Origin: an uncultured Candidatus Saccharibacteria bacterium
Lineage (GTDB): Bacteria; Patescibacteriota; Minisyncoccia; Phycocordibacterales; PALSA-1337
Assembly (NCBI GenBank): GCA_964529025.1
Contig: CAZGUZ010000004.1
Location: 4,805-68,804, forward strand
Reading direction: 5' to 3'
DNA: 64,000 bases
The notes under the pieces are model-generated. The model was not told where the DNA came from. It saw nothing but the letters and a program-made list of their open reading frames with translations, and made no database searches. Position numbers and translations under genes: made by a program. Positions 9,285 through 19,882 of the stretch are shown here, piece by piece (the first letter of the stretch is position 1; each line of letters opens with the position of its first letter).

Positions 9285-10466
9285 TTATGGCAAAAATTGT
9301 TTGATCCAAGCAATGAGGTTATTTTTAAACTTACGAGCCGTAATAAGACCTGTAGAAAGCGAAGGTCCTTGTTCTGCATTAAGACCAAGAATACAGAGCC
9401 CGTAAGCTACTGCCCATGTTGTATCGTGCTCAATTTCGCGAGTTTCGCGCGAAAGGGGCATTTCGCCACGGCGAGCAGGTAGTTTAAGTGTTGTACGCGC
9501 CATTTCTTCAATGCCGTTAATGTATGAGCCGCCACCAATAAGGACAATTCCTGCGGGTAATAAGCCATTACGATGAAGTTTTTTGAGGTGATTTTCAATA
9601 GCGTCAAAAATGTCGCCTGCGCGAGCTTGAATAATATCTTCGAGCTTTTTGCGCGGATAAGCAGTGCTTGTAATTGTGCCGATTTTAATGTGCTCAGCTT
9701 CTTCGAGTGAAACTTTAAGGCCAAGAGCAATATCGTTAGTAATATCGGTTGAACCAAGAGCAAAAACTTCGAGTGATACGGGTATATTATTTTCAAAAAC
9801 AGCAATAGAAGTCGTTTCGGCGCCAATATTTGCAAGAACACACCCTGCAATCTTTTGTGTTTTTGAAAGCGTAATAAAGCTTGAAGCAAGTGGTGCTGCC
9901 ATAACATCAATAACTTCAACACCAGCGCCCTCAATGACAGAAATAATTTCATTTACATGTGCTTCGAGGCATGCTATATAGAGCATTTTGACTTCGAGTC
10001 GATGAGTTTTCATTCCCTCAATCTTTCCGAGGGCTTGTTTGCCGTCGAGTGTGTACGAAAGGGGTATGCTATGAAGAATTTTATGATTAAGCGATAGGGC
10101 AGAAGGAATAGCTTGTTCGCAAGCTTCGTGTGACTTTTCTATATCGAGGGCTGTTATTTCGCTATCAGCTCGAGAAATAATTGCGGCTCCAGTTGCAGTA
10201 AAAGACGTTAGGCCAACTCCGCCTACCGAAACATATGCTCGTGAAATTTTTCTATCAATGCGTTTTTCTGCTTCGCGAAGGGCAATGCGGACCGAACGAA
10301 CAGTTTCTTCTGGATTTTGTATATAACCGTGTCGTACTCCTCGAGACTCAACAGCAACACTTGCAAGAATAGTAGGTAAAGCAGAAGAGCGCTGTTGTTC
10401 TTCTGCTACAACCACTTTTACATGGTGAGTTCCAATATCAATACCTGTAACGATGTGTCGAGCCAT
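9285..10466 (-). CDS. ftsA: cell division protein FtsA
   Basis: Actin-fold start IVTGIDIGTHHVKVVVAE and C-terminal GIVLIGGGS; immediately upstream of ftsZ on the same strand. The ORF could start at 10487. Confidence 0.85.
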   Translation of the reverse strand: MARHIVTGIDIGTHHVKVVVAEEQQRSSALPTILASVAVESRGVRHGYIQNPEETVRSVRIALREAEKRIDRKISRAYVSVGGVGLTSFTATGAAIISRADSEITALDIEKSHEACEQAIPSALSLNHKILHSIPLSYTLDGKQALGKIEGMKTHRLEVKMLYIACLEAHVNEIISVIEGAGVEVIDVMAAPLASSFITLSKTQKIAGCVLANIGAETTSIAVFENNIPVSLEVFALGSTDITNDIALGLKVSLEEAEHIKIGTITSTAYPRKKLEDIIQARAGDIFDAIENHLKKLHRNGLLPAGIVLIGGGSYINGIEEMARTTLKLPARRGEMPLSRETREIEHDTTWAVAYGLCILGLNAEQGPSLSTGLITARKFKNNLIAWIKQFLP

Positions 10467-10513
10467 ATGAGCTAAAGCCGAATGCATGCAGATATAAATG
10501 TCGTATTCGACAC

Positions 10514-10900
10514 TTATATACCAAAACGAGTGCGTAATTCAGCTTCAATACTCTCCATTGTACTACCATGATCGAATCCCTTCAAATGGACACAACCGTG
10601 GATAAACAAAAAGGCAAAGAAATTATCGTAAGGGCGGTCAAATTTATGAGCTTCTTTCTCGGCGAGTTCGGGGTTGATGTAGATTTCTCCGGCAGATTCA
10701 GAAATGGGAAAACTCAAAATGTCTGTGGGCTCATCTTTACCGCGGTATGCTTTATTAAGATCATGAATTCTTTGTTTATCAACAATAACTAAAGAAAGGT
10801 CGTAGTTTTCGCCAAGAGCAGCATCTTTAATGTCGGCAAAAGCCACGCGGGGAAGCGTGGCTTTTGTTTCGTTATGGATTCTGAATGAATCATTATCCAT
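10514..10900 (-). CDS. ybeY: rRNA maturation endoribonuclease YbeY
   Basis: HGCVHLKGFDH metal-binding motif (HGxLHLxGYDH). Confidence 0.8.
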   Translation of the reverse strand: MDNDSFRIHNETKATLPRVAFADIKDAALGENYDLSLVIVDKQRIHDLNKAYRGKDEPTDILSFPISESAGEIYINPELAEKEAHKFDRPYDNFFAFLFIHGCVHLKGFDHGSTMESIEAELRTRFGI

Positions 10901-10911
10901 TATAGAGTAGA

Positions 10912-11148
10912 TTAGCGAGCTCGCTTATCTGTCATTTTACCAAGCTTGATGAGCTCTGCAATTTCAGCTTTTCGGCGGAGTGACTTAAGAGTTTTTTGCT
11001 TAGTTTTGTAGTGTGACAACTGACGCTCTGCATATCGAATGCCGCGTACTCGTGGGAGCACTCCAGAACCTTGAACTTTCTTAGTAAAACGGCGGATGAG
11101 GCTCGTTGCGTTCTCGTGTGAATTTCGTGATACTTCTACGTTTATCAT
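10912..11148 (-). CDS. rpsU: 30S ribosomal protein S21
   Basis: 78-aa basic protein; SLIRRFTKKVQGSGVLPRVRGIRYAERQ matches the S21 consensus. Confidence 0.75.
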   Translation of the reverse strand: MINVEVSRNSHENATSLIRRFTKKVQGSGVLPRVRGIRYAERQLSHYKTKQKTLKSLRRKAEIAELIKLGKMTDKRAR

Positions 11149-11169
11149 GGGATGTATGTTACCACACGG

Positions 11170-12456
11170 CTAATTATTTCGCAAGGATTCTCCGAGTTTT
11201 TTCATATATGCCGTTAAATTGTCAAAAAGAACGGCCTCTTGTGAGCGAGTTTTTGAGTCTCGCACCAAGACTGACTTTTCTACGGCTTCTTTCTTGCCCA
11301 TGATAATTGTATAAGGAAGATCGAGCTTTTCTGCGTGAGATACCTGTGCACCAAGCTTATCCTTAGGGAGTGATTGGTAGAGCGGTATTTTTGCATTTCG
11401 CAAGATTTCAATTACATGCAAAGAAAGGAGTTTTGCTTCGAAGCCGAGCTGAATAAAGTATACCCAAGGTTTCTTAGTTTTAAGGAGTGGTTTTCGTAGG
11501 ACTGGGTCTGAACCTTTAATAAGGAGCGATAGACCAACGCCGGGTATATCTTTTTTGGCCCCAACTTTTTTAGAAAGGCCATCGTAGCGAACCCCAACTG
11601 CAAGTGTTCTATTGCCTTTAGATTTCTTAGTGTCGTAATCAAGGTCGACGATTTCGAATATTGTTTCTGAACAATATTTTCGGTTACCAATGAGTGCATT
11701 GTTAATTTTATACGGTATACCGAGTGTTTCAAGGAATTCGAGCACTTCGCGGAAATGGTTGCGACTCGCTTCAGACAAAAATGACATTGATTTAGGAGCA
11801 AGGGAATTGATTTCTTTGCAGTACGAAGCAGTGCTTGTGACAAGCTCGAAAGGGTCACGTTTAAAAATCTGGCGCGCTTCGGGAGTCATGCTATTGATGT
11901 GTTTGCGGTAGTAGTTGGTGAGTTCGCGAGTGAAACGAGCGAGCGAATCCTTGTCTCCAACACTGTTGATTTCGACACCTATATTGGCATAACCTTCTTC
12001 GGCAAGCATCATACGAGCAGTTTGAATCAAGGTTGCTTCTGCAACACTGCGTGTGCTACCGATAATTTCGAGGTCTGCATATCGTGGATATGAACCTTTT
12101 TTACTTGATTCGCGTTGTATGTGCTGAGCGCTTGCTTTAATTGGCTCTGCAAAATACAGCATAAGAGGCTGAGACTGGCTGTACATATCCTCTTCATCAT
12201 ACATACGGAGTAGGGCTACTTTTTCTTCAACATGGAGGGGTAATTTAATTTCATCATGTTCAGTTGTTCCAACAAAATCACCCTCGGCAAATTCTTCTGA
12301 GGTTTTAATGTCATCTTTAGTAACGGTTGGTGTGGCGTGTGGCACAAAACCGTAGTACAAAGGTATTTCACCGATTTTATCGAGATTTTTCCACTCTAGT
12401 ATTGAAGGATTCTTCTCTTTCTTAAACTGAGACGCTTTATTTTTTTGAGGTGTCAT
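11170..12456 (-). CDS. histidyl-tRNA synthetase-like paralog (class II aaRS core, HisZ-like; function unclear)
   Basis: Contains HisRS-family motifs (RYADLEIIGS; VGVRYDGL similar to GGRYD) and an anticodon-binding-like C-terminus. It lacks the N-terminal GxRDFxP motif that the canonical hisS at 42822-44105 has. Confidence 0.5.
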   Translation of the reverse strand: MTPQKNKASQFKKEKNPSILEWKNLDKIGEIPLYYGFVPHATPTVTKDDIKTSEEFAEGDFVGTTEHDEIKLPLHVEEKVALLRMYDEEDMYSQSQPLMLYFAEPIKASAQHIQRESSKKGSYPRYADLEIIGSTRSVAEATLIQTARMMLAEEGYANIGVEINSVGDKDSLARFTRELTNYYRKHINSMTPEARQIFKRDPFELVTSTASYCKEINSLAPKSMSFLSEASRNHFREVLEFLETLGIPYKINNALIGNRKYCSETIFEIVDLDYDTKKSKGNRTLAVGVRYDGLSKKVGAKKDIPGVGLSLLIKGSDPVLRKPLLKTKKPWVYFIQLGFEAKLLSLHVIEILRNAKIPLYQSLPKDKLGAQVSHAEKLDLPYTIIMGKKEAVEKSVLVRDSKTRSQEAVLFDNLTAYMKKLGESLRNN

Positions 12457-12489
12457 ACGTTAATGTATTAGTACTGGGTCCTAAATAAT

Positions 12490-13089
12490 TTATTCAATAG
12501 AATCTGTTCCAGGGAAAAGCGATAGCGAACCAAGAGGGAAAAGACGCACAAGTGGCCTGCCAACGATTAGATCTCGAGGTAAAGCGCCCCAAGCACGAGA
12601 GTCTGAACTTTGAATGCGATTATCACCCATCACAAAGTACTCGTCTTTATTGAGTGTTGATTCAAAAGAGTCATCGCCCTTATTGTCTGCAAAGACATAT
12701 GATTCAGGGAGAGCGAAACCCGCAGGGTTTTCGGGTGATTTTATGGTCACATTTCCATTTTTAATTTCAATAGTTTCACCAGGAAGACCGATGATTCTTT
12801 TAATAAAGAATGTGCGAGGCTCGCGAGGGTATTTAAGAATAACGACATCACCACGGTCAGGTTCACCAAAACGATATGACAATTGATCGACAATAAGGTA
12901 TTGCCCAGTTCTAAATGTTGGATCCATTGATGCACCATTTACAACGAATGGATGTATAACAAACATTCGTATAGGCAAAACAATAATTGCTGCTGTTACG
13001 ATAAACTTTAAAAATTCTTTCCAAAAGCTACTGCTCGGTTTTTGTTCGGCAGAAATTCCTGGTTGTGGTGATGTGTCAATGTCGTTCAT
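12490..13089 (-). CDS. lepB: signal peptidase I
   Basis: GASMDPTF (catalytic Ser box), RIIGLPGE, GDNRIQSSDSR boxes. The ORF may start at 13143. Confidence 0.8.
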   Translation of the reverse strand: MNDIDTSPQPGISAEQKPSSSFWKEFLKFIVTAAIIVLPIRMFVIHPFVVNGASMDPTFRTGQYLIVDQLSYRFGEPDRGDVVILKYPREPRTFFIKRIIGLPGETIEIKNGNVTIKSPENPAGFALPESYVFADNKGDDSFESTLNKDEYFVMGDNRIQSSDSRAWGALPRDLIVGRPLVRLFPLGSLSLFPGTDSIE

Positions 13090-13152
13090 AATACTATTGT
13101 ACTCGGTATATGCACGTTGACACAAGAGAACGCTCCATGTCACACTTTGTAT

Positions 13153-13743
13153 ATGGCATATATAATCGTCGGTTTAGGAAATCCTGGACAAGAATACACG
13201 CAAACACGTCACAATACAGGGCGCATGCTCGTACAAAAAATTGTTGATAAGCTTGGTGGGGAATTTTCATATTCATCAAAAATTTATTCACAAATGGCAA
13301 CTGTAGAAATTGCCGGAGAAAACGTAAAATGCATTCTCCCCGACACTTTTATGAATAAATCGGGTAAAGCAGTTGCCCCTCTCATTAAAAGCCTTAAAGC
13401 AGCAGAAAAGCTTGTTGTTATCTACGACGATTTTCAATTGCCTCTTGGCACAACCCGCATGGCCTTTAACCGTAGTTCTGGCGGTCACAATGGTGTTGAA
13501 TCAATCATTAAAGCCCTTAAAACCGAAGCTTTTGTACGCATACGCATTGGCATTGGGGCAACAAAAGCAAGTGGTGCGGTTAAGGTGCTCAAAGGGGCAG
13601 AAGAAGTGGAAAAGTTTATCCTCGGTGGCTTTAAAAAAGAAGAATTAGAAAAAATTAATAAGCTTTCAAAGAAGGTAAACGAAGTTCTTGAGGTCTTTGT
13701 CGCTGAGGGGCGTGAAAAAGCAACCATGGTTTGTAACTCATAG
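13153..13743 (+). CDS. pth: peptidyl-tRNA hydrolase (with C-terminal extension)
   Basis: MAYIIVGLGNPGQEYTQTRHNTG N-terminal signature. Confidence 0.8.
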   Translation: MAYIIVGLGNPGQEYTQTRHNTGRMLVQKIVDKLGGEFSYSSKIYSQMATVEIAGENVKCILPDTFMNKSGKAVAPLIKSLKAAEKLVVIYDDFQLPLGTTRMAFNRSSGGHNGVESIIKALKTEAFVRIRIGIGATKASGAVKVLKGAEEVEKFILGGFKKEELEKINKLSKKVNEVLEVFVAEGREKATMVCNS

Positions 13744-13751
13744 TGATAACA

Positions 13752-13777
13752 AAAAAGCGCCCTCGGGCGCTTTTTTG
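13752..13777. terminator. bidirectional terminator hairpin aaaaaagcgccctcgggcgctttttt
   Basis: Perfect stem agcgccc/gggcgct flanked by A-run and T-run, between convergent pth and rpsA. Confidence 0.6.
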
Positions 13778-13778
13778 T

Positions 13779-14984
13779 TTACTTTGTTTTCTCTACGAAA
13801 GAGAGAGCCATCTTTTGTTCCTTAGGATCAAAGAGAGTGATCTTAAACTGGTATTTTTTACCAAGTTCAAGCTTAGCTCGAAGCTTTTCTTCATTACCAA
13901 ATTCTGAAATGTGCACAAGACCGGCAATTCCTTCTTCTACTGAAGCAAGAGCACCATGCTTATTGTACTTAATGATAACACCTTCAACGATTTTATCTTT
14001 TTTGTACTTAGCTGTTGCGCTATTCCAAGGGTTTTCCTTAAGAGCCTTGATAGAAAGAGAGATTTTACCTTCTTTGATTTCAATAACCTTAACCTTGATC
14101 TTTTGTCCTACCTTAAAGAGAAGGCGAGGATCTTCAACGAGTGACCAGTCAATTTCTGAAATGTGAACAAGTCCTTCAAGGCCGTCTTCGATCTTAATGA
14201 AGACACCGAAGTCTACGATACCTGTAACTGTTCCTTCTACTTCATCATCAACCTTGTATTTGCCGATAATTTTATCTTTATCCTTATCAGTTGGGCTCTT
14301 TTCAGAGAAAATGAGCTTTCCTTCTTTAGGATTAGCAGAAATAATTGTGACAGAAATCTTTTGACCTACAAGCTTTCGAAGTTCTTCAAGAATTTTGTCT
14401 TTATCGCCATCAGCAACTCGAGGATAGTGTTCTACCTTAAGCTGTGAAGCAGGAAGGAATCCTGAAATTCCTTGCCAACCGATAATAAGACCACCTTTAT
14501 TTGCTTCAAGAACTGGAAGTTCAAGAATAGCCTTAGATTTAATTGCTTCTTCGGCTTCGTTCCAAATAAGAGCTTGTCGAGCTTCTTTAAGAGAAAGTTC
14601 GATATAGCCTTCTTTATTGTTAAGATCAGTTACTTTTGCTGCAATAGCGTCGCCAGCATTAAGTTTTTTAACGATATCACGAGCAGTAATGTATTCACGA
14701 CCGTAAATGATACCTGTTCCGAATGGTGCCAAGTCTACGTATACTGCTGACTTGTCGATACCAATAACTGGTCCTTCAACAACATCACCAACAATTGGAG
14801 GGTTTTTTGAGTCCTCAATAAACTTATTCATGATGCTGTTCTTCTTTGAGAGAGATTTTTCATCCTCAACAATTGGAGCAGCGGCCTTTTTAGCCTTAGC
14901 TGGCTTTGCAGTTGCTGTAGTTTCAAGAGTTTCCTCTACCTTTTCTACAGCTCCAGCAAGAGCATCTTTGATTTTTTTAAGCAT
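13779..14984 (-). CDS. rpsA: 30S ribosomal protein S1 (multi-S1-domain)
   Basis: Four repeated S1 domains (G.V.G.V.....G.F...) and an acidic/Lys-rich N-terminus. Confidence 0.8.
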   Translation of the reverse strand: MLKKIKDALAGAVEKVEETLETTATAKPAKAKKAAAPIVEDEKSLSKKNSIMNKFIEDSKNPPIVGDVVEGPVIGIDKSAVYVDLAPFGTGIIYGREYITARDIVKKLNAGDAIAAKVTDLNNKEGYIELSLKEARQALIWNEAEEAIKSKAILELPVLEANKGGLIIGWQGISGFLPASQLKVEHYPRVADGDKDKILEELRKLVGQKISVTIISANPKEGKLIFSEKSPTDKDKDKIIGKYKVDDEVEGTVTGIVDFGVFIKIEDGLEGLVHISEIDWSLVEDPRLLFKVGQKIKVKVIEIKEGKISLSIKALKENPWNSATAKYKKDKIVEGVIIKYNKHGALASVEEGIAGLVHISEFGNEEKLRAKLELGKKYQFKITLFDPKEQKMALSFVEKTK

Positions 14985-15098
14985 TTGTTATGTCCGCAAG
15001 ACCCGCTTTTTAGTTAATAAATACACATAATGTGCGCCAGTGCGGGGTTCCTTGGGATATTAATAGAGCACAAATACACACACGGCAAAGCCGTAGCC

Positions 15099-15842
15099 CT
15101 ACATTAGCTTATTTATGGGCGTATGTAAAGGGTTTTTGGCAAAATATGCTACCCAATATTTACGCTTATAACGGCGGTCATGCACCTTTGTATAATGAGT
15201 TTCGGAATCAAGGTGTACACATGTAAAACCAGCCTCTAAATAAGTCGTCTCAAGATCTTTTTTGCTAAATACTCGCTCTGCATGGCGAGTCTCGGGCAAT
15301 ATATACATATCTTTTTCCGGCCCTGGGGATAATGTTAAGAGCTTTTTTGCGTGTTCATCGCCATCTTTTGAAAGGGTGCGCACAAGGATTCGAGCTTCTG
15401 GCTTAAGGATTCTATAGAGCTCATTGAGAAAAGCTGTTCTTTCGGGGGTCGTTAATGAATTTGTTGTTGTAACATCAAGAGCTATATCAAAAGAAGCATC
15501 TTTATAAGGTAGCTTTGGACTTGGTATACAGGTATCAATTTTAAAGGTGAGCTGTGGAGAGGGAATACCGCGACGTTCTTGCTCGGCTTGTGCATAAGAA
15601 ATTGCTGTTTTTGATATATCAAAACCAAAGCATGATTGAATTCCGTGTTCAATTGCGTAAAAACTGTTCTTTCCATTGCCACAACCGATATCGATAAGGC
15701 TGCAATTTTCAAGATTAAAACCTTGATCGCGACGAATCCAGCGAATAAAGTCTTTAACACTTACCTGAGGTTCGTAACTGAGGGTTACGAGGGATCCTTT
15801 TTTGTATTCTTGCTCCCATGCATCACTATTCTTCATACCTGT
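15099..15842 (-). CDS. class I SAM-dependent methyltransferase
   Basis: LIDIGCGNGKNS motif I. Confidence 0.6.
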   Translation of the reverse strand, partial: TGMKNSDAWEQEYKKGSLVTLSYEPQVSVKDFIRWIRRDQGFNLENCSLIDIGCGNGKNSFYAIEHGIQSCFGFDISKTAISYAQAEQERRGIPSPQLTFKIDTCIPSPKLPYKDASFDIALDVTTTNSLTTPERTAFLNELYRILKPEARILVRTLSKDGDEHAKKLLTLSPGPEKDMYILPETRHAERVFSKKDLETTYLEAGFTCVHLDSETHYTKVHDRRYKRKYWVAYFAKNPLHTPINKLM

Positions 15843-15881
15843 ACAGTAGCATGAGTTTGGCATGTTTGGTATAATTGACTC

Positions 15882-16520
15882 ATGATTATTACGTACCAAG
15901 GCGCAGAATTTTTCCGCATTCAATTCGGTGACATCACTCTTGCAGTAAACCCTGTATCAAAAGAGTCAAAATTACCCCAATCACGATTTGGTGCCGATAT
16001 CGTACTTTCTTCACTCCATCATGTTGATATGAATGGTGTCGATATGGTTACTCATGGCGAAAGAGTACCTTTTTCAATTAACGGCCCTGGCGAGTACGAA
16101 GTTAAAGAGGTCTTCATTAAAGGCTTTGCTTCTGAATCCATGTATGGTGGTTCTGAACTCATTAATACCATATACAAAGTCGAGCTCGAAGGCATGAACC
16201 TTTGTTTTTTGGGCGGTATTGTAAACCCAGAAATTAAACCCGAAGTTACCGAAGAACTCGGCGAAATCGACATTCTATTCTTACCTATCGGTGGGCAGGG
16301 TGTACTTGATGCTGCAAAGGCATATAAATTAGCTGTTTCTCTTGCCCCTAAAATTATTATTCCAAATCATTTCGGTGATATCGGTGATTCACAAGCTCTT
16401 AAAGCCTTTCTTAAAGAAGCTGGTGTAAATCCTGACCCACTCCCTAAGCTCACCCTTAAAAAGAAAGATCTTGAAGGCAAAGAGGGTGACGTTATCGTTC
16501 TTGAATCATCAAAAGAATAA
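15882..16520 (+). CDS. MBL-fold metal-dependent hydrolase (UPF0173-like)
   Basis: About 210-aa protein with a beta-lactamase-fold-like pattern (ADIVLSSLHHVDMNG...IIPNHF). Confidence 0.45.
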   Translation: MIITYQGAEFFRIQFGDITLAVNPVSKESKLPQSRFGADIVLSSLHHVDMNGVDMVTHGERVPFSINGPGEYEVKEVFIKGFASESMYGGSELINTIYKVELEGMNLCFLGGIVNPEIKPEVTEELGEIDILFLPIGGQGVLDAAKAYKLAVSLAPKIIIPNHFGDIGDSQALKAFLKEAGVNPDPLPKLTLKKKDLEGKEGDVIVLESSKE

Positions 16521-16521
16521 T

Positions 16522-16854
16522 ATGCGCCACCATATTGAAAAAATTCGACAGCAACCAGAACATGTACGCCACATCATAGCGTATACAGTTTCAGGTGTCT
16601 GCACCATTGCACTTTTTGCTGTTTGGTTTTCAAGTTTGTCAGATTTTTCACAAAAGCCGGTAAATCAATTTGCTGTACAAAAGGTACAGCAACAAAAAGT
16701 TGAGACTCTCAAAACTCCTTGGCAAACTGCTACAGCAAATATGGCAAATGCTTTTGAAAGCGTTAGGGGTATAACCCAGTATGTTGAAAGTGCTTTTGGT
16801 AAAGCAGAAACATATACAGCACCACCGCAATATGTTGAAGTCATTGCAAAGTAA
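16522..16854 (+). CDS. hypothetical single-pass membrane protein
   Basis: TM segment IIAYTVSGVCTIALFAVWF, no recognisable domain. Confidence 0.35.
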   Translation: MRHHIEKIRQQPEHVRHIIAYTVSGVCTIALFAVWFSSLSDFSQKPVNQFAVQKVQQQKVETLKTPWQTATANMANAFESVRGITQYVESAFGKAETYTAPPQYVEVIAK

Positions 16855-16875
16855 TACTTAATAACCGATACCACT

Positions 16876-19353
16876 ATGGCAAAAGATAATTCAAAGAAAA
16901 AAGAAGAAATAGTTGCAGCTCCCGAAGAGCGACTCAGTATCGTACCTCGTAGTATTACTACAGAAATGCGTGAAGCATATCTTGACTATGCTATGTCAGT
17001 TATTACTTCGCGTGCTTTGCCTGATATTCGCGACGGCCTTAAGCCGGTGCACCGCCGTATTCTTTTTGCAATGTTTGAAAAAGGCCTTACTGCGTCTGCA
17101 AAGTTTCGTAAGTCTTCCGTAGTGGTCGGAGACGTGCTCGGTAACTATCACCCACACGGCGACGTTGCCGTGTATGAATCTATGGTGCAAATGGCGCAAG
17201 ACTTTAAAATGCGCTATCCACTGGTGCAGGGACAGGGTAACTTTGGTAGTGTTGACGGTGACTCTGCTGCTGCTATGCGATATACCGAAGCCCGCATGTC
17301 AAAAGTAGCTGCTGAATTGCTCCGTGATATTGAAAAAGCTACCGTCGATTTTAGACCAAACTATGACGGTACTCGTAATGAGCCAACAGTATTGCCAACA
17401 GCTGTACCAAACCTTCTTTTAAACGGTACTCTGGGTATTGCTGTGGGTATGGCAACAAACATTGCCCCTCACAATTTGCGCGAAGTAGTAGAAGCAACAA
17501 ATTATTTTGTGGATAATCCTGATGCAACAAACGAAGATTTACTTAAAATCGTTAAGGGTCCAGATTTTCCTACAGGAGCAATAATGTATGGCGAAAAAGA
17601 TATTCACCATGCATATTCAACAGGCCGTGGTGGTATTGTGGTGCGCGGCGAGGCCGAAATTATCGAAGACAAAAAAGGCCAGTATCAAATCATCATTTCA
17701 TCGATTCCATACCGCGTTAATAAATCAGATCTTATTATGAAGATGGCTGATTTAGTTCGCGATAAAGTTATCGAAGGTATTCGCACACTCCGCGATGAAT
17801 CTGATAAAGAGACTCGCATTGTTATTGAACTCAAACAAGGAGCTCACCCAGAAAAGACTCTTAACCTTTTGTATAAGCACACCCAGCTCGAAGATACTTT
17901 CCATGTAAACATGGTGGCTCTTGTTAACGGCGTACCACAAACAGTTTCTCTTAAAACATTTATTGAAGAGTTCATAAGTCATAGACTCGAGGTTATTCGT
18001 CGTCGAACTCAATTTGACTTAACTAAAGCCGAAGATCGCGAACATATCCTTTTAGGTCTCAAAAAGGCTCTTGATCATATTGATGAAATTATTACTTTGA
18101 TTCGTGAGTCAAAAGATGCTGTTGCTGCACATGCTAATTTGATGAAAAAGTTCAAGTTTTCAGAGCGACAAGCAACCGCTATTCTTGAAATGCGTTTGCA
18201 AAAGCTTGCCGGCCTTGAGCGCAAAAAGGTTCTTGATGAATTGGCACAAGTTCAAGAGCTCATTGTTGAACTCAAATCTATTTTGGGTAGCGAAAAGAAA
18301 ATGCGTAGCATTATCAAAGCAGAACTCACTGAAATTTCTGCACGATACGGTGATGAGCGTCGAACAAAAATTGTTCGCCACGGTGTTAAAGAATTCTCTG
18401 CCGAGGATCTTATTCCCGATGAAGAAAGTGTTCTTGTCCTAACTAAGGGCGGCTATATTAAGCGAACAAGTCCTGATGAATACCGCAAACAAAAGCGTGG
18501 TGGTGTAGGGGTTGTTGATCTTGATACAAAAGATGATGACTTCATAACTCACCTTGTAAATGCTACAACGCATAGTGATTTGCTCTTTTTCTCTGATAAG
18601 GGTAAAGCATATCAAATTAAAATGTATGATATTCCCGAGGGTAAGCGCGCAACTCGTGGTAAATCAATCATGAACTTCCTTTCTCTTTCAGATGGCGAAA
18701 AGGTAACATCGATTTTGCCAATGCCAAAGGATAAAAAGACAGCCGAAAACCTAGCTCTCTTTATGGTGACACGACAGGGAACAGGTAAAAAGACTGGGGC
18801 TTCACAATTTAAAGAAGTTCGTCGATCTGGCCTCATTGCAATTACACTTGATGATGGTGATGAGCTTATGTCAGTACAGTTTGTAACTAAGGGTGATGAT
18901 GTTGTTATTGTTACTTCAGAAGGCCAATCAATTCGCTTTACCGAAGATGATGTTCGCGAAATGGGTCGCGGAGCAGCTGGTGTTCGTGTGGTAAAACTCG
19001 GAAAAGGTGATGCTGTTATTAGCGCAGATGCAGTATCAAAGAATGATGAAAAACCAATGCTCTTCGTTATGTCTGCAAATGGCTACGGAAAGCAAACATC
19101 ACTCGATGAATACAAAGTGCAAGGCCGAGGAGGCAGTGGTATTCTTACTATGAATGTTACGGCAAAGACAGGTGCAGTTATTTCGGCCAAGGTTGTTACT
19201 CCAGAACATACAGAAGTCGTAGCTATGTCAAAGAAGAGTCAGGTTGTGCGTGTTGATTTAAGTGAAATTCCTACACTTGGACGCGGAACACAAGGCGTTC
19301 GCGTAATGAAACTCCGAGATGGGGATTCCTTGGCTTCTCTGATTACCATATAG
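16876..19353 (+). CDS. gyrA: DNA gyrase subunit A
   Basis: [10 protein letters not shown] active-site Tyr region and C-terminal beta-pinwheel repeats. Confidence 0.95.
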   Translation: MAKDNSKKKEEIVAAPEERLSIVPRSITTEMREAYLDYAMSVITSRALPDIRDGLKPVHRRILFAMFEKGLTASAKFRKSSVVVGDVLGNYHPHGDVAVYESMVQMAQDFKMRYPLVQGQGNFGSVDGDSAAAMRYTEARMSKVAAELLRDIEKATVDFRPNYDGTRNEPTVLPTAVPNLLLNGTLGIAVGMATNIAPHNLREVVEATNYFVDNPDATNEDLLKIVKGPDFPTGAIMYGEKDIHHAYSTGRGGIVVRGEAEIIEDKKGQYQIIISSIPYRVNKSDLIMKMADLVRDKVIEGIRTLRDESDKETRIVIELKQGAHPEKTLNLLYKHTQLEDTFHVNMVALVNGVPQTVSLKTFIEEFISHRLEVIRRRTQFDLTKAEDREHILLGLKKALDHIDEIITLIRESKDAVAAHANLMKKFKFSERQATAILEMRLQKLAGLERKKVLDELAQVQELIVELKSILGSEKKMRSIIKAELTEISARYGDERRTKIVRHGVKEFSAEDLIPDEESVLVLTKGGYIKRTSPDEYRKQKRGGVGVVDLDTKDDDFITHLVNATTHSDLLFFSDKGKAYQIKMYDIPEGKRATRGKSIMNFLSLSDGEKVTSILPMPKDKKTAENLALFMVTRQGTGKKTGASQFKEVRRSGLIAITLDDGDELMSVQFVTKGDDVVIVTSEGQSIRFTEDDVREMGRGAAGVRVVKLGKGDAVISADAVSKNDEKPMLFVMSANGYGKQTSLDEYKVQGRGGSGILTMNVTAKTGAVISAKVVTPEHTEVVAMSKKSQVVRVDLSEIPTLGRGTQGVRVMKLRDGDSLASLITI

Positions 19354-19369
19354 ACAGTATACTGTAGGT

Positions 19370-19882
19370 ATGTTTTCTAATCCTACAGATAACTTACTCC
19401 AATTTGGAATTACCGAAGGAATGACGGTGGCTGATATTGGTGCGGGTAGTGGTCACTATGCACTTAAAGCAGCAGAACTTACTACGGGCAAAGTTTATGC
19501 TATTGATCTTATGCAAAATTTGCTCGATAAGATTAAAAGCGAAGCTGCTCATAAAAAGCTCGTAAATGTAGAAGTAATATGGGCAAATGCCGAAGAAATT
19601 GGCGGCACACGCTTGCGTGAAGCTTCTATTGATAGAGCTATTTCTTCAAACATTCTTTTTCAGCTCGAAAAGATTGATACATATTTACTTGAAATTAAGC
19701 GTATTCTTAAAAAGGGAGGTAAGCTTTTAATTATCGACTGGTCCGAAGCATCTTCTTTGAATTTATCCGAATTTGTGCCTAAAGATACAATTCTTGCCCA
19801 CCTTAAAAATACAGGTTTTGTGCTTGAGCAAAGTTTTAATGCCGGCGACCATCATTACGGTATAATTGCACAAAGAATATGA
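19370..19882 (+). CDS. class I SAM-dependent methyltransferase
   Basis: VADIGAGSGHYAL motif I. Confidence 0.6.
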   Translation: MFSNPTDNLLQFGITEGMTVADIGAGSGHYALKAAELTTGKVYAIDLMQNLLDKIKSEAAHKKLVNVEVIWANAEEIGGTRLREASIDRAISSNILFQLEKIDTYLLEIKRILKKGGKLLIIDWSEASSLNLSEFVPKDTILAHLKNTGFVLEQSFNAGDHHYGIIAQRI

